A stretch of 64,000 nt of DNA from Octopus vulgaris (lineage: Eukaryota), in NCBI GenBank assembly GCA_951406725.2, contig OX597819.1, forward strand, positions 65,596,001 through 65,660,000, in the 5' to 3' direction. Shown here in pieces: positions 1-15,598 of the stretch; the first letter of the stretch is position 1, and each line of letters starts with the position of its first letter. The notes beneath the pieces are model-generated. The model saw nothing but the letters and a program-made list of their open reading frames with translations, was not told where the DNA came from and did no database searches. The position numbers and the translations under genes were made by a program.

Positions 1-132
1 TTAGCGGTTCGGCAAAAGAGACTGATAGAATAAGTACTGGGCTTACAAAAGAATAAGTTCCGGGGTCGAGTTGCTCGATTAAAGGCGGTGCTCCAGCATG
101 GCCGCAGTCAAATGACTGAAACAAGTAAAAGA
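1..132 (+). mobile_element. SINE family A, 3' part (truncated by window edge)
   Basis: TTAGCGGTTCGGCAAAAGAGAC...GGCGGTGCTCCAGCATGGCCGCAGTCAAATGACTGAAACAAGTAAAAGA matches the 3' half of the copies at 16852-17245 (-) and 63156-63460 (+). Confidence 0.9.
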
Positions 133-572
133 AAGAGAAAGAGACATGCATAGATGTATGCCCCATATATATGCACATCACTTAAATAACTAACTCATTT
201 GAAAATACTATTAGTTGTGCGTATAGTATACCTGTATGTGTCAGGTTACACCTCAAAGGGTGCATGTATGTCTTTGTTCGTACGTGTATGAATGAAATTG
301 TGTACGTACGCGCGCATTTTCATGCAGCGAGTTCGTGATAATCGTTGTGTATATAGGTTTAAGAATAATTCTAAGATATATCTATGTATTTCCCCTCTCT
401 CTCTCTCCCTCTCTCTCTTTCTCTCTGTCTTACTTTCCTTTTCTCTCTCCCTCTTTCTCTTTCCTTCACTTTATATACATACATATATGTGTGTATGTGA
501 TACCTGAAATATTTTTCAGATGTATTTGTATGGGTGTGTATATAAACCCAGGATAATCCAATTGATTTACAG

Positions 573-608
<36 letters not shown>

Positions 609-705
609 TTGACAATGCGTATGTTGCGGAGTGCATGTTAGTATAAATGAGCAAATGAGCATATATATATATATTTATTTATAAGGAGAGAGGGGTATAT
701 ATATA

Positions 706-764
<59 letters not shown>

Positions 765-783
765 GTTCATGTGTACGTGTGTT

Positions 784-826
<43 letters not shown>

Positions 827-1110
827 ACGCACACATCTATAGATGTTATATAAGTATGTATACCTGCATATATATGAGGGGTGTACACACATGCATGCGC
901 GTGTGCATACCGATCTGTGAGTGCGTGTGCCAGTCAGAGCACATACTCTTGACTGCATATACACGAACGTACGTCAGTAAATATTGGCACATATCCTAGA
1001 TAATCCATGCATTCTATACGTGGATCGAGAGAAAGAGAGACAGACAGAGAGATAGAGAGAGAAAGATATAAAGGAAGAGAGTGATAATGCTTATGTCGCA
1101 GTATAATTGA

Positions 1111-1149
<39 letters not shown>

Positions 1150-1723
1150 CGTGTATAAGTATGCCAACACTAATCCCCGTTAATCCATACAGAGACTCTG
1201 AAAGATTCGCTCATACATGACAAGCGTAATTTTCTAGATTCAGGCGTAAACTACATTTAACTCCTCGAACACGCATGGACTGACACACACAGACACACAG
1301 ACACACACATAGCATATATTCACACACATCCGTAAACGCCTATATACTCCCATACTTTTATACATTGTTATCTAACAATCTACATAAAAGCATGCATTTA
1401 TATATATATACATTCATGCATGAACTCATAAGGGGTATGCATATATATATAAATGTATATATGTTTATATATGTGTATACATATATATATATATTCGCAC
1501 ACATACACATATATATGTATATATGCATGTATGTGTGTATATATGTGTGTGTGTGTGTGTGAGAGAGAGAGTGTGTGTATGTATGTATATAGTTAAATAA
1601 GAATCCAGTAAACGCCTCGTAGAATGCCGTGCAAAGCTCATCCATAGTTATTGGGTATCTCATGTCATCGTACAGTAGATCATACACACACACACACACA
1701 CACACATACATACACACGCATTT

Positions 1724-1755
<32 letters not shown>

Positions 1756-2169
1756 GTTGTATGTATGCATATATAAACACATATATATATGTGAACACAC
1801 ACACATACAAACATGTATATGTACACAGTCTCATGCCCGGTCGAGTAGGAAGAGAACTGTGGACATGAGCACGGGTGAAGGCGACTGTGGGTGCGGTATC
1901 CACATGCACGGACATTTCTGGCATTTTTCTCGGGCAGTGGTCAGTCACAGTCTTACTTCCTCTCGAGCGGACAGCTATCATCTTTATCAAATATACATAC
2001 AGCCACACACTCACACACATACGTGTGTGTCTGTGTGTGTGAGTGTAAGGATATATGCGTGTATAAGCAAAGCTAAGTGAAAATCGAGAGGAAAAAACAG
2101 AGTGAGGAAGCAAGAGAGACGGAGAGGGAGAGAAAGAGAAACAAAGAGAAATATATGAAATTTTATCTG

Positions 2170-2275
2170 ATAGTAATAATCCCTCCGTCCCGCCCCTCTC
2201 ATATGACTGACCTACGTTTCTTCCTGGCCTTCTCTCTAATTGGTTGCCTGTTGGCCTGGCACGCGAGCAAACACA
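2170..2275. promoter_or_regulatory. Possible cis-regulatory island (GC box + CCAAT box)
   Basis: Short unique, GC-richer island between microsatellites with CCGCCC (~2190) and TAATTGG/ATTGG (~2237-2243). Motifs only; no transcript evidence. Confidence 0.2.
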
Positions 2276-2289
2276 CACGATGCTATATT

Positions 2290-2290
2290 A

Positions 2291-2321
<31 letters not shown>

Positions 2322-2460
2322 AATTGTGTTCGATATTTTTTGTGTCCTGTACCCATATATGCATGTATATATACATATAGATGTAGGTACATATATGCAT
2401 ATATGCATATGTTTTATTTATCATTTAGTTATTATATATGTACATATATATGTATATGTG

Positions 2461-2504
<44 letters not shown>

Positions 2505-2708
2505 AGTATGTATATGTGTATGTATATATATATATATATATGTATGTATATATATATATGTATATATATATATGTATGTATATGTATGTATATGTATGTA
2601 TGCATGTATATATATATATGTATCTATGTATATATATATAAATGTATGTATGTATATATATATGTATGTATATATATATATAAATGTATGTATATATATA
2701 TATGTATG

Positions 2709-2743
<35 letters not shown>

Positions 2744-2788
2744 GTATGTATGTATATATATGCATGTATGTATGTATATATATGCATG

Positions 2789-2827
<39 letters not shown>

Positions 2828-2916
2828 GTATATATATATATGTATGTATATGTATGTATGTATGTATATATGTATGTATGTATATATATGTATGTATGTA
2901 TGTATATATAGGTATG

Positions 2917-2955
<39 letters not shown>

Positions 2956-2960
2956 ATATG

Positions 2961-2991
<31 letters not shown>

Positions 2992-3020
2992 ATATGTATA
3001 TATGTATGTATGTATATATG

Positions 3021-3051
<31 letters not shown>

Positions 3052-3084
3052 ATATATATGTATGTATATATATATGTATGTATG

Positions 3085-3133
<49 letters not shown>

Positions 3134-3190
3134 GTATATGTATGTATATGTATGTACATATGTATGTATGTATGTATGTATATATATAAA
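2290..3190. repeat. Compound (AT)n/(ATGT)n microsatellite array
   Basis: ~900 bp of alternating TA and TATG units; source of the 200-317 aa YI/CM-rich pseudo-ORFs. Confidence 0.97.
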
Positions 3191-3564
3191 CATATAAATG
3201 TGGGTGTGTGTGTTTGTGTGTGTGCATGATAAAAAGGAGTGGCTGCGGCTGCGTGTGTGTCTGTGTGTTGTGCACGTATGCTTACAGGTATCATTAAATA
3301 TCGGACTGAAGACAGACACGGAAGAGATTGATGGAAAACTTGCTTACGTGTAGATGTGTAGATGAATGTCTATGCGCGTGTTTAGGTGTGCATCTCTGTC
3401 TGTCAGTCTGCCTGTGTACGTATACGTACTCATATGCAAAGACACGAACGCACACAATAAGCGTAGAACAAGTGCCAGGAAAGTACCTCAAAGGTACTGC
3501 ATAAAATGTGTGCGTGCGTGTTTTGTACATGTGTTCCTGTGTGTGTACACACGCGCACACACAT

Positions 3565-3643
<79 letters not shown>

Positions 3644-3689
3644 ACACACACACACACACACACACACACACCAGAGTAAGCACATAAAT

Positions 3690-3822
3690 GTGAAACAAGG
3701 TGGGAAAAATAGTATTCGAATACCGGAGATAGAGTAATATACTTTATTATTAAAGCACGTCGGACAGTGTTTTGAGAAATCTTTGTGATGTTTTGGCAGT
3801 TTTAATGATAAAGTATTAACGT
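3690..3822. mobile_element. Short interspersed-repeat remnant, possibly Penelope-derived, internally deleted
   Basis: Unique segment between CA and GT tracts with an internal inverted repeat (ATACTTTATTATTAAA / TTTAATGATAAAGTAT). Family assignment is from recall only. Confidence 0.3.
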
Positions 3823-3852
3823 GTGTGTGTATAAGAACTAAGTAGAAATAAG

Positions 3853-3923
<71 letters not shown>

Positions 3924-4081
3924 ACATTCAGATTTTCTTAGGTTTAAAGAAATCTGTCTGTCCGTCTATGTATGTATATATGTATGTATGTATGTATCTA
4001 TCTATCTATCTATCAAAGTAGCTAGCTAGCTATCTGTCTGTCTACCTGTCTTTACGTATGGGCGCATATATATATATATAT

Positions 4082-4250
4082 ACAATACAAAATGGGGCAA
4101 GAACGCAAAATATCCGGACAACTAGATGGTACAAAAAGGGACAACAAAACATCCACATAGACGATAAGAAAACAAGGACGGGGGTCATTCGAAGCTTTCT
4201 ATCTTCAGTCAAGAACCGTATCATCCTTTCAATTTCGGCTGATTAATCTT
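4082..4250 (-). mobile_element. Penelope-like terminal-repeat fragment inserted in (TA)n
   Basis: Flanked by TA tracts on both sides; minus strand carries degenerate hammerhead-like words (CAGCCGAAAT; CTGAAGA...CGAAT). Confidence 0.35.
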
Positions 4251-4486
4251 ATATATATATATATATGCATTAATGCGGGAGCTTATGTAATGCTCATGCA
4301 TTAGGTGCGTATGCGTGTATGTTTTTGTGAGGGAGAGTTATGAAAAAGACAATATGAGAGTGTAATACATAGAGGAAGAAACCCCAAGATGTATATACAC
4401 ATACTTCTGTTATTGTTTGTGTATGTATGTGTGTGTGTGTGTATGTTTGAATGTGTTTGGGTGTTTGTATGCATATATATATGTAC

Positions 4487-4560
<74 letters not shown>

Positions 4561-4569
4561 TTATATAAT

Positions 4570-4790
4570 TCTTTTATTTACTTCAATTGTATAGACTACG
4601 GCCATGCTGGATAACAACATTGATGAATTCTAATCGAACGGATGGCTCGAGTTCTTTTTTTTTTTTCTTTTACTTTTTGAAGGTTGGTACTTATGCTATC
4701 TGGCGTTTTTGTGAAGCGTGAAGGTATGCAGACGTAAATACACCGACACCGGTTGTGGAGCGGTGGGACGAAGAGAAGCAGAAATAAGCT
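4570..4790 (-). mobile_element. SINE family A, degenerate 3' part
   Basis: CGGCCATGCTGG, GTACTTATGCTATC and CACCGACACCGGTTGT match family A in reverse. Confidence 0.7.
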
Positions 4791-5062
4791 CATATACATT
4801 TATGTATCTTTGCTCTCTCGCTCACTCTCATTCTCTCTCTCTCTCTCTCTGTTCTTAATTTTCCTTACTCATCTCTCTTTCTCCTCTCTCTCATTCCTTT
4901 TTTTTTTCACATTTTCGCACAAATACACAAAAACGCATACATATACATACATATTGTGTATATATATACGCATGTGTACGTTTAAGCATGGGAATATATA
5001 TATATATATGTCTGTGTGTATATATATAAATATAAGCACACGCACACACGCATATATATATA

Positions 5063-5120
<58 letters not shown>

Positions 5121-5142
5121 CAAACATATATAAATATATATG

Positions 5143-5190
<48 letters not shown>

Positions 5191-5499
5191 AAACATATAT
5201 AAATATATATCTATATCTATGTACATGTATGTATGTATGGATGCACGCATGCCTTCATGTGTGTGAGTGTGTGTCTTTGTGCTTAGTACTGTGTTCGTTA
5301 GCGACCGAAGCTACACAGCTGTGTTTGGTTTGTTTACGTCCTTGTAATATGGGCGATTTCGCAAAAATGAATGAGAGCTTCGAAAAATAAGCAACGGGAC
5401 GAAATATCCCCACAAAACCCTTCAAGACAATCTTCTAGAATGCTTGACATTCGAATGACTTTTGCAAAACAATGAGTTAAAAGAAGTGCACGATACATG

Positions 5500-5547
<48 letters not shown>

Positions 5548-5581
5548 GTGTGTGATTGTGTGTGTGCATATGTACATGTGG

Positions 5582-5619
<38 letters not shown>

Positions 5620-5977
5620 GCAATATGTATGTATATGCACATGTATGTAAATATCGATGTATATATATATGTATATATAGTGGAGGAGGCGGGAGAGATG
5701 TAGGTAAATATATGAGTGTGTGTTCGTGTGTTTGTGTGTGTGTGTATATGTATATATATATATATATATATACTTGAGTGCATAATGATATTAAGAAGCA
5801 TGTTTATCTACTCACACAAACACACACACACACACACACACACTCAGGTATACACACGCGCGTGCGGATATTTCTTCATGCATAGGTTCCGATATATATA
5901 TATATATATATACACATACATACATATATGATTAAACCAGGGAATAGATACACGTATAGGGATCAAAAACAACATCC

Positions 5978-6400
<423 letters not shown>

Positions 6401-6789
6401 TGCATATCCTCTGTCCTTTAGCATCGCTCCTTTTCTTTATCTCTCCCGATATTTTTCTCTCTCGCTCGTCTCTCTCGGCATATACATCAGCGTTAGTCTA
6501 TCTTCTGAAATAACCTTTATATTTATGCGTGTGTGTGTGTGTGTGCGTGTGTGTGTGCTTTCGCTTACACCTGTGCCTCTTAATTTACGTGTGTGTGTGT
6601 GTGTGTGTTTGTGTATGTGTGTTTGTGTGTGTGTTTGTGGTTATATTATCAATGTTGAATACTTACTCTGATGCTTTGCCGATGATGTTTGCCTCTGGTA
6701 TGTATGTATAGAGGTATCTACGTATATGTGGGTGTACGTTTGTTTATGTTTATTTATGTATATAAGCATGTGTATGTATGTATATATAT

Positions 6790-7062
6790 ATATGTGTGTG
6801 TGTGTGTATATGGTATGTGTGTGTGTGTGTGTGTATATGGTATGTGTGTGTGTGTGTATATGGTATGTGTGTGTGTGTGTGTGTGTGTGTATGTATATGG
6901 TATGTTTATGTGTGTGTGTGTGTATATGGTATGTGTGTGTGTGTGTGTGTGTGTGTATGTATATGGTATGTTTACATGTGTGTGTGTGTGTGTGTATGTA
7001 TATGGTATGTTTACATGTGTGTGTGTGTATGTATATGGTATGTTTACATATGTGTGTGTGTA
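6790..7062. repeat. Minisatellite TATATGGTATG(TG)n, variable unit length
   Basis: About eight TATATGGTATG anchors separated by (TG)n tracts of different lengths. Confidence 0.9.
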
Positions 7063-7924
7063 TGCTTGTTGTGAATGTTTCCCAGTGTTGAATTATTTAT
7101 TTTTCGACTGTCTTCGAAAATTTCATTTTACCCCAAATATTTTTTCTTAATTTTTTTTTTATATATCTTGGTTTTTGCTGGGTTTTTTTTTTTTGTTATT
7201 GCTTCGTGTTTTCTTTTTTGTTATTACTTCGTGTTTTTTTTTCCTTTCTTTGCACTTTTTCTTAACCTTTGTCTATCACGATTGAACAAACAATAAATCA
7301 AACACACATACTTATGATCTTACCATCTTTCTTTCTTTCTTTCTCTCTTTCTCTCTCACTTTCATTCTCTCTCTAACTTTTTCTCTCTCTCACTCACTCT
7401 CTATCTGTCTCTCTTTTTCTCTCTTTTTCTCTCTCTCCCTCTCTAATTCTCTCAACTAACTCCTTCCGTCTCTCACTCACTCTGTCTCTCTTTCTCTCAC
7501 TCACTCTCTAATTCTCTCTCTCTAACTCTTCCTCTCTCTCACACCCCCTCTCTCTCTCTCTACCTTTCTCTTGGAGTGTATTATCCAAAGTATCGTTCAT
7601 CCAGCCTTAAATCGTTTCGGAAGAATACAGACAAATGATAAAACATGCGGGGTTTTTAGCTACTATGTCTAGCACTTTTGTCGACCTTCTACAGAATCTC
7701 TTGTTAACTCCTGAATGATCTACATTTGTTTGTTACACTTTCTTTTACTGAATCTTCTGCGTGTTAGTGTATGTGTTTCTCTGTGTGTGTGTGCGTGAGT
7801 GTTCACTCGTTGCCTGTTTCGTCCATTTCTTTTCATTCTCTGTCACCCTTCATGTCCAATCCGCTTGTTTGATTCCATCCTAGATGTGTGCACCGCCTTT
7901 GCTTCTACTACTACTACTATTACT

Positions 7925-7975
<51 letters not shown>

Positions 7976-7984
7976 CATAATAAT

Positions 7985-8730
7985 GGCTTCATATTTTGCC
8001 ACAAGGGCATCAATTTGGTGGAGGAGGGGAGGGGCTGAGTCGACTGGTACTTAATTTATCGACCCCGAAAAGATGAAAGGATGAAAGTCAACTTTGACGG
8101 AATTTGAACTCAGAACGTAGCGATGGTCGAAATGCGGTTAATTATTTCGTCCAGTGCGCTAACAATTCTGCCAGCTCGCCTCCTTAATAGTAATAATGAT
8201 AATGATAATAATGATAATAATAATAATAATGATGATGATAATAATAATAAAAATAAAAATAATAATAATAAAAACAACAACAACAACAGTTTCAAATTTT
8301 GACACGCAGCCAGCAATTTTGGGGAGAGGGCCCGAGACGATTGCATTGAACCCTGTGCTCCAGCTGGTAATTTCGATATTGACTCAGAAAAGATGAAAGG
8401 TAAGGGACGATCTCGGCAGAATTTGAACTCAGAAAGTACAGACGGACGAAATACCGCTGGACATTTCTTTCCGGTGCGCTAACGAATCTGCCAGGTCAAC
8501 AACAACAATAACAACAACAACGACGACGACAACAATAACAGCAATTATAATAATGATGATGGTGATCCTTTCTACTGGAAGCACAAGGCCTCAAATTTGG
8601 AGGGAGGGATTACGTCGATTACATCAACCCGAGTGCATAACTGGTACTAATTTTATCGACCCCGAAAGGATGAATGTCGACCTCGCCGGAATTTGAACAC
8701 AGAACGTAAAGGCAGAAAATAGTGATGATG

Positions 8731-8804
<74 letters not shown>

Positions 8805-8870
8805 CCTTTCTACTATGGGCACAAGGTCTTAAATTTGGGGGACGGAGATAGTCGATAACATCAACCCCTG
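7985..8870 (-). mobile_element. Train of four family B SINE copies/fragments separated by (TAA)n/(CAA)n
   Basis: Copies at ~7985-8183, 8288-8500, 8565-8712 and 8802-8870 (tail only), all on the minus strand, with ATCGACCCCGAAAGGATGAA- and GAATTTGAACTCAGAA-type words. Confidence 0.88.
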
Positions 8871-8984
8871 TAATAATAATAAAAATAATTATAATAAAAA
8901 AAAAAAAAAATAATAATAATAATAATAATGTTTTTGTCTAGTAATTCTGTTGTAGCTTCCTACCGTAATCACATCAGTGATTCT

Positions 8985-9494
8985 ACTGTTGCTGCTGCAG
9001 CTACTGCTGCTGCTGCTGCTGCTCTTGCTGCTGGTGATGCCGTGCTGCTGCTGCTAGTACTTCTTCCATTCTCACTGAGCCCCGCCGCCAACCCAACTAC
9101 AACTAGCGCCGTCAACGCCGTCGCCGCCGTGTAACCAACGTCACCGCTGCCGTCCTGACGTTTACTACACCTCTTCTCCACCCATCCGCCCACCCCCAGC
9201 CCCGCCACTATCACAACTTCGCCAGTGTTTCTGCTAGTAATACTTCCACTACTACTAGTAGTACTACTATAGCTTCCGCTGCTGCTGCTGCTAAACATGA
9301 TGATGATGACGAAGATGATGATGATGATGCCAGTGCTAGCTGCTTACTCCACCACCACCACCACCACCACCACCACCACCAACATGGTTCCCCGCTAACA
9401 CCAACTCCTTATCGTAATTGCAAGCACCCTCACCACCATCACCATCATCAACATCATCAACAATAACAACACTAACAACAACAGCAGCAACAAG

Positions 9495-9526
<32 letters not shown>

Positions 9527-9660
9527 CGGCAATAACATGGCGGCTATAGCTACTGCTGCTTCCGCCACCATTGCCGCCACCGCCGACGCCACTGCCGCTG
9601 CCGCCACAGCTGCTGCTGTTGCTGCTGTTGTTGCTACTACAACAAAACTGATGGCTGTCA
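8985..9660. repeat. GC-rich mixed trinucleotide low-complexity island (GCT, GCC, CAC, CAA, GAT)
   Basis: Directly visible; CpG-rich relative to the window and just upstream of the candidate first exon. Confidence 0.85.
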
Positions 9661-10168
9661 TTGCTCTCAACTGGTCTTAGTTCTGTTACTGATGCTTCCT
9701 CCTCTTCTCTCTTCTTCTTCTTACTTCTTCTCTTCTCCCTCCGTCTCCTCCTCCTCCTTCTTATTTTCTCTCCTCTCTCTCTCGTCCTCCTCCGCCTCTT
9801 TCTTCCAATGCTCTCTGAATGTAATTGCTTGTTGCTTTTGCTTTTAATAGAAGAAAGTGAAAAAGTGTGTGTTCTCTTCTCCATTCAGCATTAACAGTGA
9901 GAGATACTACAGAGACAGGTAGACTGACAGACAGCCAGACAGATTGCTAGACAGACAGATAGACAGAGAGGCAGACGATTCGGTCGGTCGGTCGGTCAGT
10001 TTGTCGGTTGGTCGGTCGGTCAGTCCGTGGGTTGGTTAATCGTAACATTTCTTTTTGGTGGTACCAGAGTTTTTGGAACATAAGAAAGCTTTAAAAAAAA
10101 GAATATATATATATTAAAAAAAAAACAGGAAAATTTTAAAAAGAAAAGGAAAAGATCTTAAATTGAAA

Positions 10169-10217
<49 letters not shown>

Positions 10218-10853
10218 GCCACAAAGTACAAAACAAAAAAGATTATAAAAAGTCAAAAAAGTGTTTGGAAAGATCGAAAAAAAATTGATCTGTAAAAAAG
10301 ATAAACGGATAACAGAGAGAGTGAGAGAGAGAAAGAGGAAAAGAAAGAAAAATAATAATAACAATAATTGTTATTATTATTATTAGGTATAACAACAACA
10401 TCTACACAGACGACAAGCAATGTAACCACAAAATATACTTTCTCTTTTTCTTACTTTCATTATTTCTCTCTCTCACTCTCTCAGTGTGTTTTCCTCTAAC
10501 ATTATAGATACATATATATATATATAAACCTATATGTATATACAAGCATACAAGCTTATATATGTGTGTGTATAAATATTATATACATATATATATATGT
10601 AGCGTATATATAAATATATGTATGTATGTATATACGTCTATATGATGTACGCTTCTCATGTATATACATAGACACACACATGTGTACATATAATTGTATA
10701 TTAAATTAATTGTTAATAGCAGACGATATACAAAAGTTTAAACAGAATCGGAGGAAAAATAAGAAAAGAAAAGAGAAAAATCAAAGAAGGATATACTAGT
10801 AATAGATCTATATATATATACATATATATTTTAAAAAAAGCATATAAATACAT

Positions 10854-10899
<46 letters not shown>

Positions 10900-11096
10900 A
10901 GGATATATATATACGTATTTTTAAAAAAATCTATAAACTAAACGAAAAAAAAATAACATAAAGAAAACGAGGAATGCCTATACAACATAGATCGGTGACA
11001 ACATTGCAAAATTTGTTGTTTTTCAAGGGGGGATTTTCAATGTTGTTTGTGTTGGGTTTTTTTCTTGGTGATTTTCCCCATTCCTGAGTGAGTAGT

Positions 11097-11176
11097 ATGT
11101 ATACCATTGGAACCAGGTGCAGAGTGGCACCGTTATCACTTACCAGAACAACAACTATCGTCATAAAGGATATTCG
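11097..11176 (+). CDS. Candidate short first coding exon (MYTIGTRCRVAPLSLTRTTTIVIKDI.., phase-2 donor); product unknown
   Basis: AGT-ATG start context (A at -3), 80 nt of non-repetitive sequence, then CG|GTAAAG. Preceded by ~1.4 kb of TE-free UTR-like sequence and an Inr-like TTAGTT at 9677. No homology recognised. Confidence 0.25.
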
Positions 11177-11298
11177 GTAAAGATATTGATATATATATTT
11201 CTCTAATTTTTTGTATATATTCTCTCTCTATATATATGTATGTTTATATTTGACATTTAATTTCCTTGTATACTAGTTGTTTATATTGATATAATTGC

Positions 11299-11346
<48 letters not shown>

Positions 11347-11499
11347 ACAAATATAATATATATATATGTATATACATAAATGCACATACGAATTTGGTTT
11401 TACTTGTTTATTATAATTTCTTTACATTTTTATTATATAAAATATGCACGTGTGTGCATATATACACACACATAGGTATATCTATGCATATATACATGA

Positions 11500-11559
<60 letters not shown>

Positions 11560-12687
11560 AATGTCGACACACCTATATATAAACATGCACACATGCATAT
11601 GCGTGTTCCTGCGTGTGTATATGTATGTATGTGTATGAGTGCATGCTTGTATTTTCATTTTATATATATACGTGGGTTTGTTCTCGTGAGACGGTGGTTT
11701 GGTGCAGTCGTTAGATCGTCAGAGAGAGAGAGAGAGACAAACTGTCTTGCGATATATGTTTTCTTTGGCGGCTCTTGGCATTCCGAGTTCGAATTATGAT
11801 GAGGTCAGTTTTGTTTTCAATTTTTCGTCAGTCGATACAAAAATAATAGCAGTCATATTCTTCGGTTCGAACTTCCTTCTTCTCAAGCCATCACGTCTTA
11901 GATATTTAGCTGGGTCAACGATGTCTTTATTTCCTCGCAACTACATGGGTACACCATAAAAAATAAAGGAAGAATACGGAAAATAGCAAGGATACACGCC
12001 ATCGGGCATATAAATACCACGATATAATTGCAACACACACACTCATATACACATACACACAAAACATACATACATAGCGTATTCATATATATGCATATAT
12101 TCATACATACGTACATAGATAGCTAATCACCATCATCATCATCGCTCACTGCATCCAGAAACCACATCTTTAGATTCCCTATTGCTGATATCATATTCAA
12201 CTGTGGTCACTTGGTCGAAGGACTAACCGAATATATTCATAGATAGAATTCGAAACCCGATCGCAAACTTCGTCGTCTAGCTCTTTATTAAAAATGCATC
12301 AATTCCGCACCCACTGCTACTGTTATCTTTATCTGTCCCGGGAGGATAGGTAGCGATGCTGATCTCAGCGGGATGTGAACTCAAACAAAACAGAAACGAA
12401 ACATTCACTGCAGGCAGGCGTTCTAACTGACGAGGTAACGGCTTTCTTGTTTCATCTTAACTATGTGTAAGTGTTTTTAAATGTATATATATCAATGCAT
12501 GCGGTGTGTATGTATATGTATACAGGCATACGTATATGCACATATATGCGTATACATCTGTATGTATATACGTAGGCATATGCACGTAAGTATATATATA
12601 TATATATGCATGCGTATTCCTGTATGTATGTATGTATGTAACTAAATATAACTATTTACGATTGTACGAATATGTTTCTATATATTA

Positions 12688-12734
<47 letters not shown>

Positions 12735-12808
12735 TGATTAATTAAAAGAACAGTAAATGGTGGAAAAGAAATACAAATGTGAGAACATTGCACAAACAAT
12801 GTATTTAT

Positions 12809-12842
<34 letters not shown>

Positions 12843-12989
12843 ATACATATATATATATATACATATATATATATGCATATATATACAGATATATATATAT
12901 ACATAAATATATATGCATATATATATATACATATATTTATATATATACATATTTATTTTATTTTTATTTATTTTATTTTATCTAGTTTC

Positions 12990-13420
12990 ATCACGAGCTG
13001 TATATATATATATAAACATATATATAATATATAAACATATATATACATATACATATATACATATATATATACATATACATATATACATATATATATATAT
13101 ACATATATATATACATATATGTATACATATATATATACATATATACATATACATATATATATACATATATATACATATATATATACATATATATATACAT
13201 ATATATATATATACATATATATATACATATACATATATATATATACATATCTATACATATACATATATATATATATATATACATATATATATACATATAT
13301 ATACATATACATATATATATATATACATATATATATAATATATATATACATATATATATATATACATATATGTGTATACATATATGTATATACATATATA
13401 TATATGAATGTATGTGCGTA
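12990..13420. repeat. Compound (ATATAC)n/(AT)n microsatellite
   Basis: Directly visible. Confidence 0.95.
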
Positions 13421-13633
13421 TATAAGTATATGTATATCTGTACGTATGAATGTATATATATGTACGTACGAATTTATGTATGTACATACATATATATGTG
13501 TGTGTGTGTAGGAATGTATTAATGTATATATATATGTATGTATGTATGTATGAGTATACATATGTATGTATGCAAGATTCTACGAATGATTGTATGTGTG
13601 ATTACTAAGTACATTTATGCATGTTTGTAAATC

Positions 13634-13690
<57 letters not shown>

Positions 13691-13844
13691 GTATTTAAGA
13701 GTTCTCATATTTTCATAATAGTTTTGCTTCTTCTGCTAATATCTTGCTCCACCCTGCCGTCCTTGTGGTAAATGATTCACATACAATCCTCATAATTTAT
13801 CTTAATATGAATATTATTATTATCACCGCTCTTATGATTACAAC

Positions 13845-13890
<46 letters not shown>

Positions 13891-14343
13891 GTTCTTATTG
13901 TTATCATTAATATTCCAGGCAAGACTTGTATTCCTTTTAAATCTGTCATTTTTAGTTTTGAGTAAGTGTTTATATTTGTGAATTTTTCAAAATTTGTGAT
14001 TTCGCCAAGAAAGGGGAAGAAAAAAACCTACCTCTTATTGCCAAAATATATGGCAAAATAAGTGATGTGAGAAGAATGGATAAGCGTATTACACACACAC
14101 ACACACAAATACCCATATACATACACACACAGATGAACACACAAACACACACACATATATACATGCACAAACAAATATACAAAGCATATGTCTTTTCATA
14201 TATATATATATACATTCATAATACATATATACATATATGTGTTTATATGTATATACACACAATTATGAAATGTATGTATTCATGCAGATATAGACCCGGG
14301 TATGCGTAGGTAAATACGCATACGTGCATGTTTTATATGCGTA

Positions 14344-14418
<75 letters not shown>

Positions 14419-14523
14419 ATGTATTTATGTATGTATGTATGTATGTATGTATATGTATATATATGCATGTATGTATATATATATATATGTATATATATGT
14501 ATGTATGTATATACATATATATG

Positions 14524-14554
<31 letters not shown>

Positions 14555-14850
14555 GCATGTATGTATGTACATATATATGTATGTATGTACATATATATGT
14601 ATGTATGTACATATATATGTATGTATGTATGTATGTATATATATATATATATATATATCTATGCATATATTCATATATATATACACACACATACATACCT
14701 GCATACATACATATATATATATATATATATGTGTGTGTGTAAGTGTGTGTGTGTATAGGTATGTATATATGTATGTACGATATCTTTCAGATTTGCTCTT
14801 TAATGTACGGTTTGCTAATTCATTATATATAAGAAATATATGAAATACTG

Positions 14851-14884
<34 letters not shown>

Positions 14885-14899
14885 CAGAGAAATAAAGAC

Positions 14900-14956
<57 letters not shown>

Positions 14957-15169
14957 TGTGTGTGTGTGTGTTTGCGTGTCATTGTGTCTGTGTGCGCGAG
15001 TGTCTACCAGTGTTTGTTCCCGTTTCTTTTTCGCTTGACTTTTCTGCTACATCTCTTCGAAGTTAAAAAAAAAACGTTGTTCCACAAAAAAAAAGTAATA
15101 AAAACATATATGCGAAAGAATGGTAGCATCCACAAAAAAGCCTGTAAAACAACACAAACACACATACAT

Positions 15170-15200
<31 letters not shown>

Positions 15201-15328
15201 TATACACACACACTCACACACACGCAGGCACAAACACACCCACAAACATTACAAGTATTTTAGGTACATGTATACATATTCTCATACACACAAATGCACG
15301 CGCATGCACACACATTTCAAGTATTTTC

Positions 15329-15374
<46 letters not shown>

Positions 15375-15416
15375 CATACATACATATACATACATACATA
15401 CATATACAAACATACA

Positions 15417-15465
<49 letters not shown>

Positions 15466-15497
15466 GTTTACATTTATATATCATATATAGATGGATG

Positions 15498-15598
<101 letters not shown>

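Noticed and set aside
2244-3319. Longest ORFs (231-317 aa, YI/CM/HT-rich) and the many similar ORFs throughout
   Set aside because: Translations of (AT)n, (ATGT)n, (CA)n and (GATA)n microsatellites, which lack stops in several frames.
4170-4215. Minus-strand hammerhead-like CTGAAGA...CGAAT
   Set aside because: GAAA core is GAAT, there is no NUH triplet in register and no stem I; at most a dead remnant.
9336-9884. 182-aa minus-strand ORF with basic run and poly-Val 'TM' segment
   Set aside because: Built from TTC/CAA/CAC repeats read antisense; no recognisable domain.
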